Assembly (NCBI GenBank): GCA_963750165.1
Contig: CAVVPN010000004.1
Coordinates: 608,001-672,000, forward strand
Origin: an uncultured Gemmataceae bacterium
GTDB lineage: Bacteria > Planctomycetota > Planctomycetia > Gemmatales > Gemmataceae
Direction of reading: 5' to 3'
Length of the DNA: 64,000 nt
Shown: positions 28,538-37,473 of the stretch, piece after piece
How positions within the stretch are numbered: position 1 is the stretch's first letter
Layout: each line of letters starts with the position of its first letter
Position numbers and translations under genes: made by a program
The notes under the pieces: generated by a model
The model's input: only the letters and a program-made list of their open reading frames with translations
Told to the model about the DNA's origin: nothing
Databases searched by the model: none

Positions 28538-29728
28538 ATGGCAAAGGTTCTGTGTGTGCTCTACCCCGACCCGGTGAACGGCTACCCGACGACGTACGCT
28601 CGGGACGGACTCCCCAAACTGGACCGCTACCCCGACGGCCAGACCCTGCCGTCGCCGCGGGCGATCGACTTCACCCCGGGGGCATTGCTCGGCTCGACGA
28701 CGGGCGAACTCGGCCTGCGAAAGTTCCTGGAAGCCGGCGGCCACGAGTTCGTCGTGACGGCGGACAAGGACGGGCCGGGGTCCGTGTTCGAGCGGGAGTT
28801 GCCGACCGCCGAGGTCGTCATCTCGCAGCCGTTCTGGCCGGCGTACCTGACGGCCGAGCGCATCGCCAGGGCCCGCCGGCTCAAGCTCGCGCTCGCGGCG
28901 GGGATCGGGTCGGATCACGTCGATCTCGAGGCCGCGAGCCAGCGTGGCATCACGGTCGCCGAGGTGACCTACTGCAACAGCATCAGCGTGGCCGAGCACG
29001 CGGTGATGCAGATCCTCGCCCTGGTGCGGAACTACATCCCGTCTTACGGGTGGGTCGTCCGGGGGGGCTGGAACATCGCCGACTGCGTCGAGCGGGCCTA
29101 CGACCTGGAGGGGATGAGTGTCGGCGTCGTCGCCGCGGGGCGCATCGGGCTCGCGGTCCTGCAGCGGCTCAAGCCGTTCGGCGTCAAGCTGCATTACACG
29201 CAGCGGCACCGGCTGTCCGCCGCCGTCGAGCAGGAGTTGGGACTGACCTTCCACGCCGATGCGGGGGCGCTCGCGAGCGTCTGCGACGTCGTCTCGCTGC
29301 ACTGCCCGCTCCACCCCGGCTCGCGGCACATGATTAACGAGACGGTGCTGAAACGGATGAAACGCGGGTCGTACATCGTCAACACCGCCCGCGCCGAACT
29401 ATGCGACCGGGACGCGATTGTCCGGGCGCTGGAGAGCGGGCAACTCGCCGGGTACGCAGGCGACGTCTGGTTCCCGCAGCCGCCGCCGAAGGACCACCCC
29501 TGGCGGACGATGCCCCACCACGCCATGACGCCGCACGTCTCGGGGACGACGCTCTCGGCCCAGGCCCGTTACGCCGCCGGCACGCGCGAGATCCTCGAGT
29601 GCTGGTTCGCCGATCGGCCGATCCGCGACGAGTACCTGATCGTCGAGGGTGGGAAACTGGCCGGCACCGGGGCCCGCTCGTACACGGTCGCCGCGGTGGC
29701 GCGGGAGCCGGTCGGGCTCCGGAAGTGA
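28538..29728 (+). CDS. fdh: NAD(P)+-dependent formate dehydrogenase
   Basis: MAKVLCVLYPDP, ISQPFWPAYLT, GIGSDHVD, NSISVAEH, YAGDVWFPQP and AQARYAAGTREILE; AGGAG RBS. Confidence 0.96.
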   Translation: MAKVLCVLYPDPVNGYPTTYARDGLPKLDRYPDGQTLPSPRAIDFTPGALLGSTTGELGLRKFLEAGGHEFVVTADKDGPGSVFERELPTAEVVISQPFWPAYLTAERIARARRLKLALAAGIGSDHVDLEAASQRGITVAEVTYCNSISVAEHAVMQILALVRNYIPSYGWVVRGGWNIADCVERAYDLEGMSVGVVAAGRIGLAVLQRLKPFGVKLHYTQRHRLSAAVEQELGLTFHADAGALASVCDVVSLHCPLHPGSRHMINETVLKRMKRGSYIVNTARAELCDRDAIVRALESGQLAGYAGDVWFPQPPPKDHPWRTMPHHAMTPHVSGTTLSAQARYAAGTREILECWFADRPIRDEYLIVEGGKLAGTGARSYTVAAVAREPVGLRK

Positions 29729-29884
29729 TGCCGGAGCGGGTTGGTTCTAACCTCAGGCAGCCACGGCCCAGTGGAACTCGACGGCCCGCCAACAACCGGC
29801 GGCTGGCGGTCAACCACTGGGCCGGTGCCTGAACTGCGGACGTCCGCCTGCTGCTTCCCGACTCCCGGACGACCAAGGAAACAT

Positions 29885-29935
29885 ATCTCGACGTGTGAAA
29901 AAGTTGGCTCCCTTGGCTCCCTTGGCCCCCTTGCT
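29885..29935 (-). repeat. 51-bp dispersed repeat (3 x 9-mer + conserved tail), inverted copy
   Basis: Reverse complement agcaagggggccaagggagccaagggagccaactttttcacacgtcgagat differs from 39084-39134 at 2 positions. Confidence 0.9.
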
Positions 29936-29982
29936 CTGTCAGACGCGGACACCGCATGACGCACGGTGCCAGTGCGTCCCAC

Positions 29983-32900
29983 CTAACCGGCGGGCAATAC
30001 TCGCACCTCCGCCGCCGTCAGCCGCGGCGTCGCCGCGTCCGCCGCGTCCGCGTCCCAGACGCGCTCCCAGTCGTGCCACGGTATCGGCACGTACGCCAGC
30101 AGCAACCGCTCCGGTTGCAGCAGTGGCAGGCCCGCGGCCACGCGGCCGTCCGCGTCCCACGCTCGCAGCGTTCCCTCTTCGCTCAGGTCGTACACCCCCT
30201 CCGGCCCGCCGTCGCGCGGCCGTACCGTCAGCCGGTGGCCGGCCAGGTGGTACGTCCACTTTTCCGGCGGCAGAAACACGGCCAGCTGTTCGCGCGTCAG
30301 ATCGACCGCCGCCAGCCGATACAACCCCGCCAGCGCATCCTCCCAGGCCTGCCGCTGCTCCGCCGTCAGCTGTCCCAGCCAGCCGGTCTGCACGACACCG
30401 GCGATCAGCCAGCCGCCCTCCTCGTCGAAGGCGACCGCCAGCGGTGGCCCCGAAAAATCCTGGCCGCCGAACTCCAGACGGATGCGCTGCGTGCCCGCCA
30501 CCACGGCCGTCAGCGACACTACCCGGCCGCCCCAGCGCCGGCTCTGCAACAGCAGGTTCAGGAACTCGCGGTCGATGAAGTGCCGCACTTCCTCCTCGAC
30601 GTGGTGCAGCGCCTCCTCGCGTTGGTAGACGTTGACGGTCTGGCTGTGCCGGGCCGCCCGCCGCAGTTTGCGGAACAGCTTCGGCAGCGTGCCGGAGTGG
30701 AAGCCTGGCCGCAGCAACCGCGGCACCGTCTCGCCGTGGCCGCCGACCAGCACCGGCCGCAGCGTCGCCGGCCGGTTGGCGCGGAACAGCCGCCAGTTCG
30801 CCCGCAGCTCCCAGGCGATGAAGCCGAAAATGCCCGGCACGAAGAACAGCGTCACGCCGGCGAACGCGCCGGAAATGTACTCCCCCAGCAGCGGCCGCAG
30901 CGGCGCCTGCAGCGTGAGGAACACCGTGGGGATGACGGGCAGCATCAGCTTGTGGCCCACCGTCACCACGGGAAAGTGCTTGATCGGGTTGACCGTCGGC
31001 TCGACCAGCAGGTTCGTGTAGATGCGCACCACGTAGGTGACCACGAACCAGAAGACGCCGAGCACCGCCTTGACCGCCAGCGACAGTTTGCTCTCGCCGG
31101 TGCGGAACAGCAGCCACTCGTCCACGGTGTAGATGACGCGTTCCACCGCGTCGAGGAACCAGGACGACAGCCACATGATGAACGCGAGCACGCCCGGCAC
31201 CAGGTCATGGCTCAGCAAACGCCAGCCGCGGGCCGTGCTGTCGGCCAGCGTCTCCTCCACGTCGCGGGCCAGGCGCGTCTGCGCCAGGACGGCCGCGGCC
31301 GCGAACACGCCGGCACCCAGCCCGAGCAGCAACTCCCCGCCGCCGCCCAGCATCGCCGCCGCCAGCACCGCTGCCGCCGCCGCCAGCAGCGGCCGCAGAG
31401 CGAGGCGGCAGAACAGCACCACCGGTGCGCTGTTCACGACCGCCCGCAGCACCGGCCACTGCAGCAGCCGGGCGGGGAAGTCGATCAGCACCAGGCGCAG
31501 ACCGCGCCCTAGCCGTCGCAGCCCACGGCCGACCGCGGCGCGGAACGCCGTCACGTGCAGCACCAGCAGCAGGAACACGCCCAGGCCGAGCGTCGCCGCG
31601 GTGAACGGCTCAACGCCGTACACGTCCCAGGGCATCGGGTGATGCCTGTGCTGCTCGCCCGGCTCGGGGTGCTCTGTCTCCATCATCCCGGCCAGCTGGA
31701 GCAACTTCGGCACCTCTTCGCCCAGGAAAAACAGGCCGGCCAGGATGACGAAGGCGCCGACGAAGGGCAGCAGCAAATACAGCGTCACGAAGCGGCCGAC
31801 CGGCGTGCCGAAGAAGCCGAAACTCAACCGTTGCAGCAGCCGCAGGTAGATTTCGCCGGGCTGGTACACGCCGTCCAGCGTCACCGCCAAACGTCGGTCG
31901 AGCAGCAACAACTGGTCGCCGTACGGGTACGTCTCATCGACCTTGAGCTGGTTAGCGGACAGGGCGTCGCGCAGCTGGCTCAGGTTGAAGCGACCGCGCC
32001 GGCCGATATGGTCGAGCAGCACTTCCACGACCTTTTCCCGGGCGACGCGCTCCGGCACGCTGCGCGGCAGCAGTCCCACCTGATCGAGCGCGGTGTGCAG
32101 GACCGGGCGGAGTTGCGTGCGCAGCCGGCCCTCGGCGTGCTCGCCGGCCTGGTGCAGCAGGTGCGCCAGTTCCTGGTGAGCCGCCTCGGGCAGCGCGATG
32201 CCGGCCAGCCGGCCGGCGGCGCTGCGCAGGTGCTCGACGATGCGTACGCCGCGCAGCAACGGCTGTTCACGGCGGATCGGCCGCCGGCCCAGCGACCACG
32301 CCCACGACACCACGTCCATCGTGGCGACGGTGCGCTCGTACTCGACGCAGACCTTTTGCAGGTCGAAGAGCAGCCGGGCCGCGCGCGTCCAGAAACCGTG
32401 GGCCGCCTGCTCCAGCAGCGGCGGCAGGGCGGCCCGCCACGCGGTGGTTTCAAGGTCACTGAGGTGCAGGGCCGCCTGCAGCCGCCGGCACAGTTCGTCC
32501 AGCGCCGGCCCGGCCGCCGTGCCGTCCGCAGCTGTCCGCGCCAGCAGCAGGGCCGCGCGGACGACGTTGCCCCGCTGGAACGCCAGGCCGGCCCGGTCGC
32601 TCAGCCACCCACGCTGGCCGCTGTTGAGGGTGGGGGGTGGCGGCGCGGCTGCGGCCTCGTGATCGACCGCATGGTTATCCCCGGAGTCGGCGGCGCCCGG
32701 CAGGCGCGTGCGCTCCAGCAGGGCGGCGGCGTCCACGTCCTGGGCCACCAGCTGATCGACGCGCCCGGGGTCAGTCAGCAGCGGAAAGAAGAACTCCAGC
32801 TGAGGGAGGGCGAAGTGCCGCAGCCCCAGGTAGACGGCGACGAACTCGGCGTAGACGTGGGCGTCATCGGTGGGCGGCAGCAGGAGTTTTTCCTGCGACA

Positions 32901-33360
32901 GCACGCTGCGCACCTCGTCGAATTCGCCGCGGCCGAGCGCTTCCACGCGGCCGCGGACCTCGGCGGCGGACAGCTTGCCGGCGTCCACGGCCTGGCGCAG
33001 CGCCTGATCGACGTGCAGGTGGAACAGCAGCCGCCAGAACTGGCGAAGCAGCTGTGGCCGCGGCTGGGCCAGCACCTGGGCCGACGGCTGTTCCAGCAGC
33101 AGGACGGTCGGCGGCAGGGCGGCGGCCTGTTCGGGCAACAGGCCCAGTTCGGCGGGCTCGGCCAGGCGCAGCAGCGCGGTGCGGTCGATGGGATAGCCGC
33201 GGCGGTGCGGCAACTGCAAGGCCAGGCCGCCGACCTGGAAGTGGTGGCGCAAGACGCGGTGGACGATGCGGCCCGGAGCCAGCAGCGCGGCGGCGTCCAC
33301 GGACCACAGGACTTTTTGTAGTTCGAGGGTGTCGGTGGTGAGGGCAACGGTCGCGGCCAT
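29983..33360 (-). CDS. Large hypothetical polytopic membrane protein (1125 aa)
   Basis: Long ORF with typical codon bias; helical N-terminal half, several TM segments and the motif EPTVNPIKHFPVVTVGHK. Confidence 0.8.
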   Translation of the reverse strand: MAATVALTTDTLELQKVLWSVDAAALLAPGRIVHRVLRHHFQVGGLALQLPHRRGYPIDRTALLRLAEPAELGLLPEQAAALPPTVLLLEQPSAQVLAQPRPQLLRQFWRLLFHLHVDQALRQAVDAGKLSAAEVRGRVEALGRGEFDEVRSVLSQEKLLLPPTDDAHVYAEFVAVYLGLRHFALPQLEFFFPLLTDPGRVDQLVAQDVDAAALLERTRLPGAADSGDNHAVDHEAAAAPPPPTLNSGQRGWLSDRAGLAFQRGNVVRAALLLARTAADGTAAGPALDELCRRLQAALHLSDLETTAWRAALPPLLEQAAHGFWTRAARLLFDLQKVCVEYERTVATMDVVSWAWSLGRRPIRREQPLLRGVRIVEHLRSAAGRLAGIALPEAAHQELAHLLHQAGEHAEGRLRTQLRPVLHTALDQVGLLPRSVPERVAREKVVEVLLDHIGRRGRFNLSQLRDALSANQLKVDETYPYGDQLLLLDRRLAVTLDGVYQPGEIYLRLLQRLSFGFFGTPVGRFVTLYLLLPFVGAFVILAGLFFLGEEVPKLLQLAGMMETEHPEPGEQHRHHPMPWDVYGVEPFTAATLGLGVFLLLVLHVTAFRAAVGRGLRRLGRGLRLVLIDFPARLLQWPVLRAVVNSAPVVLFCRLALRPLLAAAAAVLAAAMLGGGGELLLGLGAGVFAAAAVLAQTRLARDVEETLADSTARGWRLLSHDLVPGVLAFIMWLSSWFLDAVERVIYTVDEWLLFRTGESKLSLAVKAVLGVFWFVVTYVVRIYTNLLVEPTVNPIKHFPVVTVGHKLMLPVIPTVFLTLQAPLRPLLGEYISGAFAGVTLFFVPGIFGFIAWELRANWRLFRANRPATLRPVLVGGHGETVPRLLRPGFHSGTLPKLFRKLRRAARHSQTVNVYQREEALHHVEEEVRHFIDREFLNLLLQSRRWGGRVVSLTAVVAGTQRIRLEFGGQDFSGPPLAVAFDEEGGWLIAGVVQTGWLGQLTAEQRQAWEDALAGLYRLAAVDLTREQLAVFLPPEKWTYHLAGHRLTVRPRDGGPEGVYDLSEEGTLRAWDADGRVAAGLPLLQPERLLLAYVPIPWHDWERVWDADAADAATPRLTAAEVRVLPAG

Positions 33361-33387
33361 GCGCGTGAGTCCCCGGAGTGGTGGCCG

Positions 33388-34161
33388 TCAATGGGCCTCC
33401 AGCGCCGCCAGGATCGTCTCGACGCCCTCGGGCCACGTCTGCCTGGGTTCGTAACCGAGCAGCTGGCGTGCCGGGGCCAGGTCCACGCGCTGGATGTGCG
33501 GCGGCCGACTGGTAGCGTATATGACCGCGTAGCGAATATCCAGCGACGCGCTGACCGCGCAGGCGAAAAAGCGGCCGGCGTCCTCGGGGCTGAGGTAGGC
33601 GTCGCGGGCCCAGTCGCCCTCGTCGCGGATTTCGCGCACCTGCTCCGGCGTCCGCGGGCACCAGCCCAGCCGGGCCACGATGACGCTGATGCCGTGCTTG
33701 TCGGCGAAAGCGCGGCCGGCCGCCTCCAGAAAGACCTTGAGGGCGGCGTACCAGTAGCGCGGCGTCGGCGGCGTATCGGTGCGGATCGGCCACGGCCCGG
33801 TGCTGCGCTGGTTCCACACCACCTGGCCGCTGCTGGCGAGCACCAGTCGCTTGACGCCCGCCTCACGCGCCGCCTCGAAGACGTGGTAGACGCCGACGAC
33901 GTTGTTCGGCACCAGTTCGGTCAGGAAGTCGGCGTCGTCTGGCGTCGCGGCCAGGTGGACGACGGTGGCGGCGCCGGCGACGGCGCGGCGGATGGCGTCG
34001 GCGTCGGTGAGGTCGCCGACGAGGTAATCGGCCAGGCCGGGCGTCGGCACGCGGTCGAAGCCGCGCACCGGCAGGCCGCGGGCCTGCAGTTCCTCGACGG
34101 CGGCGCGACCGACGCGGCCGGCGGAGCCGGTGACCAGGACGAGGGAAGAAGGGGGCATCAC
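33388..34161 (-). CDS. NAD-dependent epimerase/dehydratase (uronate dehydrogenase-like)
   Basis: LVTGSAGRVG, VVHLAA, LASS and YAALK. Confidence 0.9.
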   Translation of the reverse strand: MMPPSSLVLVTGSAGRVGRAAVEELQARGLPVRGFDRVPTPGLADYLVGDLTDADAIRRAVAGAATVVHLAATPDDADFLTELVPNNVVGVYHVFEAAREAGVKRLVLASSGQVVWNQRSTGPWPIRTDTPPTPRYWYAALKVFLEAAGRAFADKHGISVIVARLGWCPRTPEQVREIRDEGDWARDAYLSPEDAGRFFACAVSASLDIRYAVIYATSRPPHIQRVDLAPARQLLGYEPRQTWPEGVETILAALEAH

Positions 34162-34169
34162 GGCGTCCT

Positions 34170-34769
34170 TTATAATTTCTCTCGGAGAATGCGAAGCACG
34201 CGCTCGAAAGAGGGAAGGTGCTTTTTTAGCGTTTCGGGGTCTACTTCCGGGAGGACTTCAAAGGACCGTTTTCCCTTGCGGTAGGCATTCGTGCATTTCC
34301 TCGTGGCGCGGACCAGAGCGTCCTGGATCTTGTGTCGGTGTCGAGCCTCCAGATCCACCAGGGAAGGCAACGCCCCTTTTTGCAATCCCGTTCCGTAATA
34401 CGCTTGCAAACCTGGCCGGTCGGAGACGATCCAGGTTTCCATGCAGGTCGTCATCAAAAGAACCTGGTCATCAGCGGCGCCCTCTGGCTTCTCCCAGCCG
34501 TCGCGTTCGTGCAGGTGTTCCCAAGCCTTCTCGATGTCAGACATGGGGTCTTCACTGTCGAGCAGCATCGCCACGAAATCGCCCCCGCGCATGGTTTGGT
34601 GGGCAATTGTGAAGCGAGCAAACATTGCCGCTCGTCCACCGCAGGCTACCAGTTTGGGTTGGCGGCCTGAGAAACCACACTTGTCCAGCAGTTTGCGAAA
34701 CCCTTCGCGGCAGCGGCGGCGCAATTCATCCGAATCCCCTCCACCTTCCAGATAGACGGTCGCGCTCAC
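34170..34769 (-). CDS. DUF4276 family protein (TOPRIM-like)
   Basis: VYLEGGG, ACGGR, LLDSE, CMETWIVSD and YRKG; GTG start overlaps the ATPase TGA (GTGA). Confidence 0.8.
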   Translation of the reverse strand: MSATVYLEGGGDSDELRRRCREGFRKLLDKCGFSGRQPKLVACGGRAAMFARFTIAHQTMRGGDFVAMLLDSEDPMSDIEKAWEHLHERDGWEKPEGAADDQVLLMTTCMETWIVSDRPGLQAYYGTGLQKGALPSLVDLEARHRHKIQDALVRATRKCTNAYRKGKRSFEVLPEVDPETLKKHLPSFERVLRILREKL

Positions 34770-36013
34770 CAGCGTGTTCCCCCGATCTGGCCGCTCGTCC
34801 ACAATTCGCCTAGCCGATACTTCTCAATCCAGGGGGCTACTTCCTGCGTTTCGAGCCGGTGGAGCGAGGTCTTGCCCGCGTGTTTCTCACACACAACGAC
34901 CGCTTCAGGGTATTCCGAGAGGGCGTCCACGAGCACGTCCGAATGAGTGGTCACGATGATCTGGCACCGCCGTGATGCCTCGACCAGGCGGTTCGCTAAT
35001 TTCGGGAGCAGATCGGGGTGCAATCCCAATTCGGGTTCTTCGATGCCGATCAGTGGCGGTGGATTGGGATCACACAAAATGGCCAGCAGACAGAGAAAAC
35101 GCAAACTGCCATCCGACAGTCGCGTTGCCGGGATGGTGAACTCCCCTTCCGTGAAGAAGACCTGGACCGTTCCGCCTTCGATGCTCACATCGAAATCGGT
35201 CAGTCCTTCATAGAGGTCCTTCAGGCCCGTGAGTACGGCTTTCTTCGCCTTGGGATGACGCCGCAGGCGGTTCAAAAAGAGGCCCAGATTCGAGAAATCC
35301 TCCGCCAGATGGTCGCTGCGCAGGTCGGCCATTTGCGGGAGCCGGAAGACCGTGTTGCGACCAAAAGCCCACTCCCGGTAAAGGCGAATCCGGTCGTAGC
35401 TTCCGGCAAGGTTTGTGATTTCAGGGTAGTTGTCTGGATCGCGTCGCTGTGCCAGTATCGAGAGGTCCCGATCAATTTTGTCGAGAGTAAGGTGGCGACG
35501 TCCCTCCTTGGTCTTAATTGCCGGTTGTCCGCCCTGGAATCGGTAGTAGAAATCGGCGTCCTTTTGACCTGCGTAGGGCGATTCATTCTCGATCCGCTCT
35601 TCGGAAATCTGCAAAGATTGGTTGACGATCCTGAACTCGAACACATGGCGCAGCGGTTGGTTACCGGAGGGGTTGGAGACCACCGCATCGATGGCAGCCG
35701 GTTCGTGTGGCTGTCCTTTCCAGATCCACTCGGCGACGCCCCCGCCCTTGATAATCACGGGACGGCAGTCCGAGGGGGTGCTTCGCAGAAGGGAAACCAC
35801 CTCCAACAGGTTCGATTTCCCCGAGCCATTCGGGCCGATCAGCACGTTCAGACTACCAAGCTCAAAGGGTGGCGTCTCCGGACCAAACGACAGCACGTTC
35901 CGCGGGGTAAGCGCATGCAGCAAACGCGTGCTGCTCTGGCTTGGTGGCTTCTCGTGAGTCTTCCGGGAGTCAATGCCGTTGCCGGGAACCGGGTTGTTCG
36001 GGGTTCTCGCCAT
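34766..36013 (-). CDS. ABC-type AAA_21/AAA_15 ATPase
   Basis: Walker A GPNGSGKSN, signature LSDG, Walker B IGIEEPE and H-loop TTHS; lower GC than the flanks. Confidence 0.9.
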   Translation of the reverse strand: MARTPNNPVPGNGIDSRKTHEKPPSQSSTRLLHALTPRNVLSFGPETPPFELGSLNVLIGPNGSGKSNLLEVVSLLRSTPSDCRPVIIKGGGVAEWIWKGQPHEPAAIDAVVSNPSGNQPLRHVFEFRIVNQSLQISEERIENESPYAGQKDADFYYRFQGGQPAIKTKEGRRHLTLDKIDRDLSILAQRRDPDNYPEITNLAGSYDRIRLYREWAFGRNTVFRLPQMADLRSDHLAEDFSNLGLFLNRLRRHPKAKKAVLTGLKDLYEGLTDFDVSIEGGTVQVFFTEGEFTIPATRLSDGSLRFLCLLAILCDPNPPPLIGIEEPELGLHPDLLPKLANRLVEASRRCQIIVTTHSDVLVDALSEYPEAVVVCEKHAGKTSLHRLETQEVAPWIEKYRLGELWTSGQIGGTRW

Positions 36014-36075
36014 CGCCGTTTACCTCGGGATGTGCCTTCCAGGTCCGAACGCCATGATACCACAGACACTTCCCC

Positions 36076-37008
36076 TTATCTCCCGGAACCCGCCTTGAGC
36101 ATTCCCCGAGCTCGCAGCCAATCCTCGCAGTTCCGCGTCCAGTTGGCGCAATGGCCGACGTTCGGGCGCACCCCCCAGCCGTGGCCGCCGCTCGCATAAA
36201 CGTGTAATTCCGCGTCGATGCCGGCACGCTTCAGGGCCAGATAGAACATGACGCTGTGCTCGACCGCGCTGATCTTGTCGTCCGAGGCGTGGGCGAAGAA
36301 CAGCGGCGGCGTCCCGGCGGGGGTGCGCACGGTCGGCGACAGTTCGCCCTTGTCCTTGAGCCAGAAATAGCCCGAGTAACACATGACAGCGAAATCGGGC
36401 CGGCAACTCACCTTGTCGATGGCGTCGCTCGGCTCGTAACTGCGGCGGTCGAAGTTGGTGGCGGTCGCGCCGGCGAGGTGGCCGCCCGCCGAGAAGCCCA
36501 TGATGCCGATGCGGCCCGGGTCGATGCCCCATGCCTTCGCCTTGCTGCGCACCAGGCTGACCGCCCGCTGAGCGTCCTTGAGCGGCCCGGGAGCCGGCAC
36601 GCCCTTCGTGTCGCCGGGCCGGCGCGGGCAGCGGTACTTCAGGATGATGCCGGTGACGCCGATGGAGTTCAGCCAGGCCGCCACCTCTTCGCCCTCCACG
36701 TCCCAGCCGAGGTTGTGATAGCCGCCGCCGGGGGCGATCAGCACTGCCGCTCCGGTGTCCCGGTCCTTCGCGGGTCGGTAAATCGTCAGGGTCGGTTTGG
36801 TGACGTTGGTCAACCATTTGGTCGGCTTGCCGCCGACTTCGTAGGGTTTGCCGTTGACCTTCAGTTCGAAGATTTTTTCCGGGCCGATCTTGTCCGCGTC
36901 ATCGCCGGCGGGTTTGCCGGGCCAGAGGGGGACGACGAGCGGGGTTTGCGCCACCGCCGGACGGGTTGCGAGCAGTGTGAGGAGCAGGGCCGCCGCGATG
37001 CGCTTCAT
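36076..37008 (-). CDS. Secreted alpha/beta hydrolase (acetyl esterase/xylanase-annotated type)
   Basis: Signal peptide, PGGGY, GFSAGGHL, RPDFAV and GGHGWG. Confidence 0.9.
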   Translation of the reverse strand: MKRIAAALLLTLLATRPAVAQTPLVVPLWPGKPAGDDADKIGPEKIFELKVNGKPYEVGGKPTKWLTNVTKPTLTIYRPAKDRDTGAAVLIAPGGGYHNLGWDVEGEEVAAWLNSIGVTGIILKYRCPRRPGDTKGVPAPGPLKDAQRAVSLVRSKAKAWGIDPGRIGIMGFSAGGHLAGATATNFDRRSYEPSDAIDKVSCRPDFAVMCYSGYFWLKDKGELSPTVRTPAGTPPLFFAHASDDKISAVEHSVMFYLALKRAGIDAELHVYASGGHGWGVRPNVGHCANWTRNCEDWLRARGMLKAGSGR

Positions 37009-37076
37009 GGGGAGACTCCTTGCGGGCACGGGGGCATTCTATGCCGACAGGGGCAGACTTGTTCGGCGTTCCAGTT

Positions 37077-37358
37077 CTACTCAGGATATTCGGCATCGAG
37101 CACGGCCACATTCTCACCAGGCGTGAAGTGGAATTGCACGGTGCGCAAATCGATCCGAAACACCTCCGCTTCCTCGTCCCACCAGACATTGCCTGCACTG
37201 TGAAGAAAGCCGCTTCGGCCGTCCTTGGTATCCAGGTCATAGAAGATGCACCGCATCCCTGCGTGTAACTCGATGCCCTGGCGCTTGAGGTCTTCCAGCG
37301 TCCATCGGTTGGCCAACGAGTTGCTGTTGAAGTCCATTCGCACGCGATGCAGTCGCAT
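37077..37358 (-). CDS. Small hypothetical protein
   Basis: 93-aa ORF with protein-like composition filling the gap between co-oriented genes. Confidence 0.55.
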   Translation of the reverse strand: MRLHRVRMDFNSNSLANRWTLEDLKRQGIELHAGMRCIFYDLDTKDGRSGFLHSAGNVWWDEEAEVFRIDLRTVQFHFTPGENVAVLDAEYPE

Positions 37359-37401
37359 GGGTCACCCGGAATGTCGTTGGCTCGACGCCAATTGCCTACG
37401 C

Positions 37402-37456
37402 AAAAAGCACGGCACCCGCAACGGTAGAGCTGTCGTCTGCCGTTGCGGATGCCGTG
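37402..37456 (-). terminator. Probable intrinsic terminator of the DUF1501 gene
   Basis: cacggcacccgcaacgg...ccgttgcggatgccgtg stem followed on the minus strand by ctttt t. Confidence 0.6.
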
Positions 37457-37473
37457 TTCGAGCCGTGGACAAT

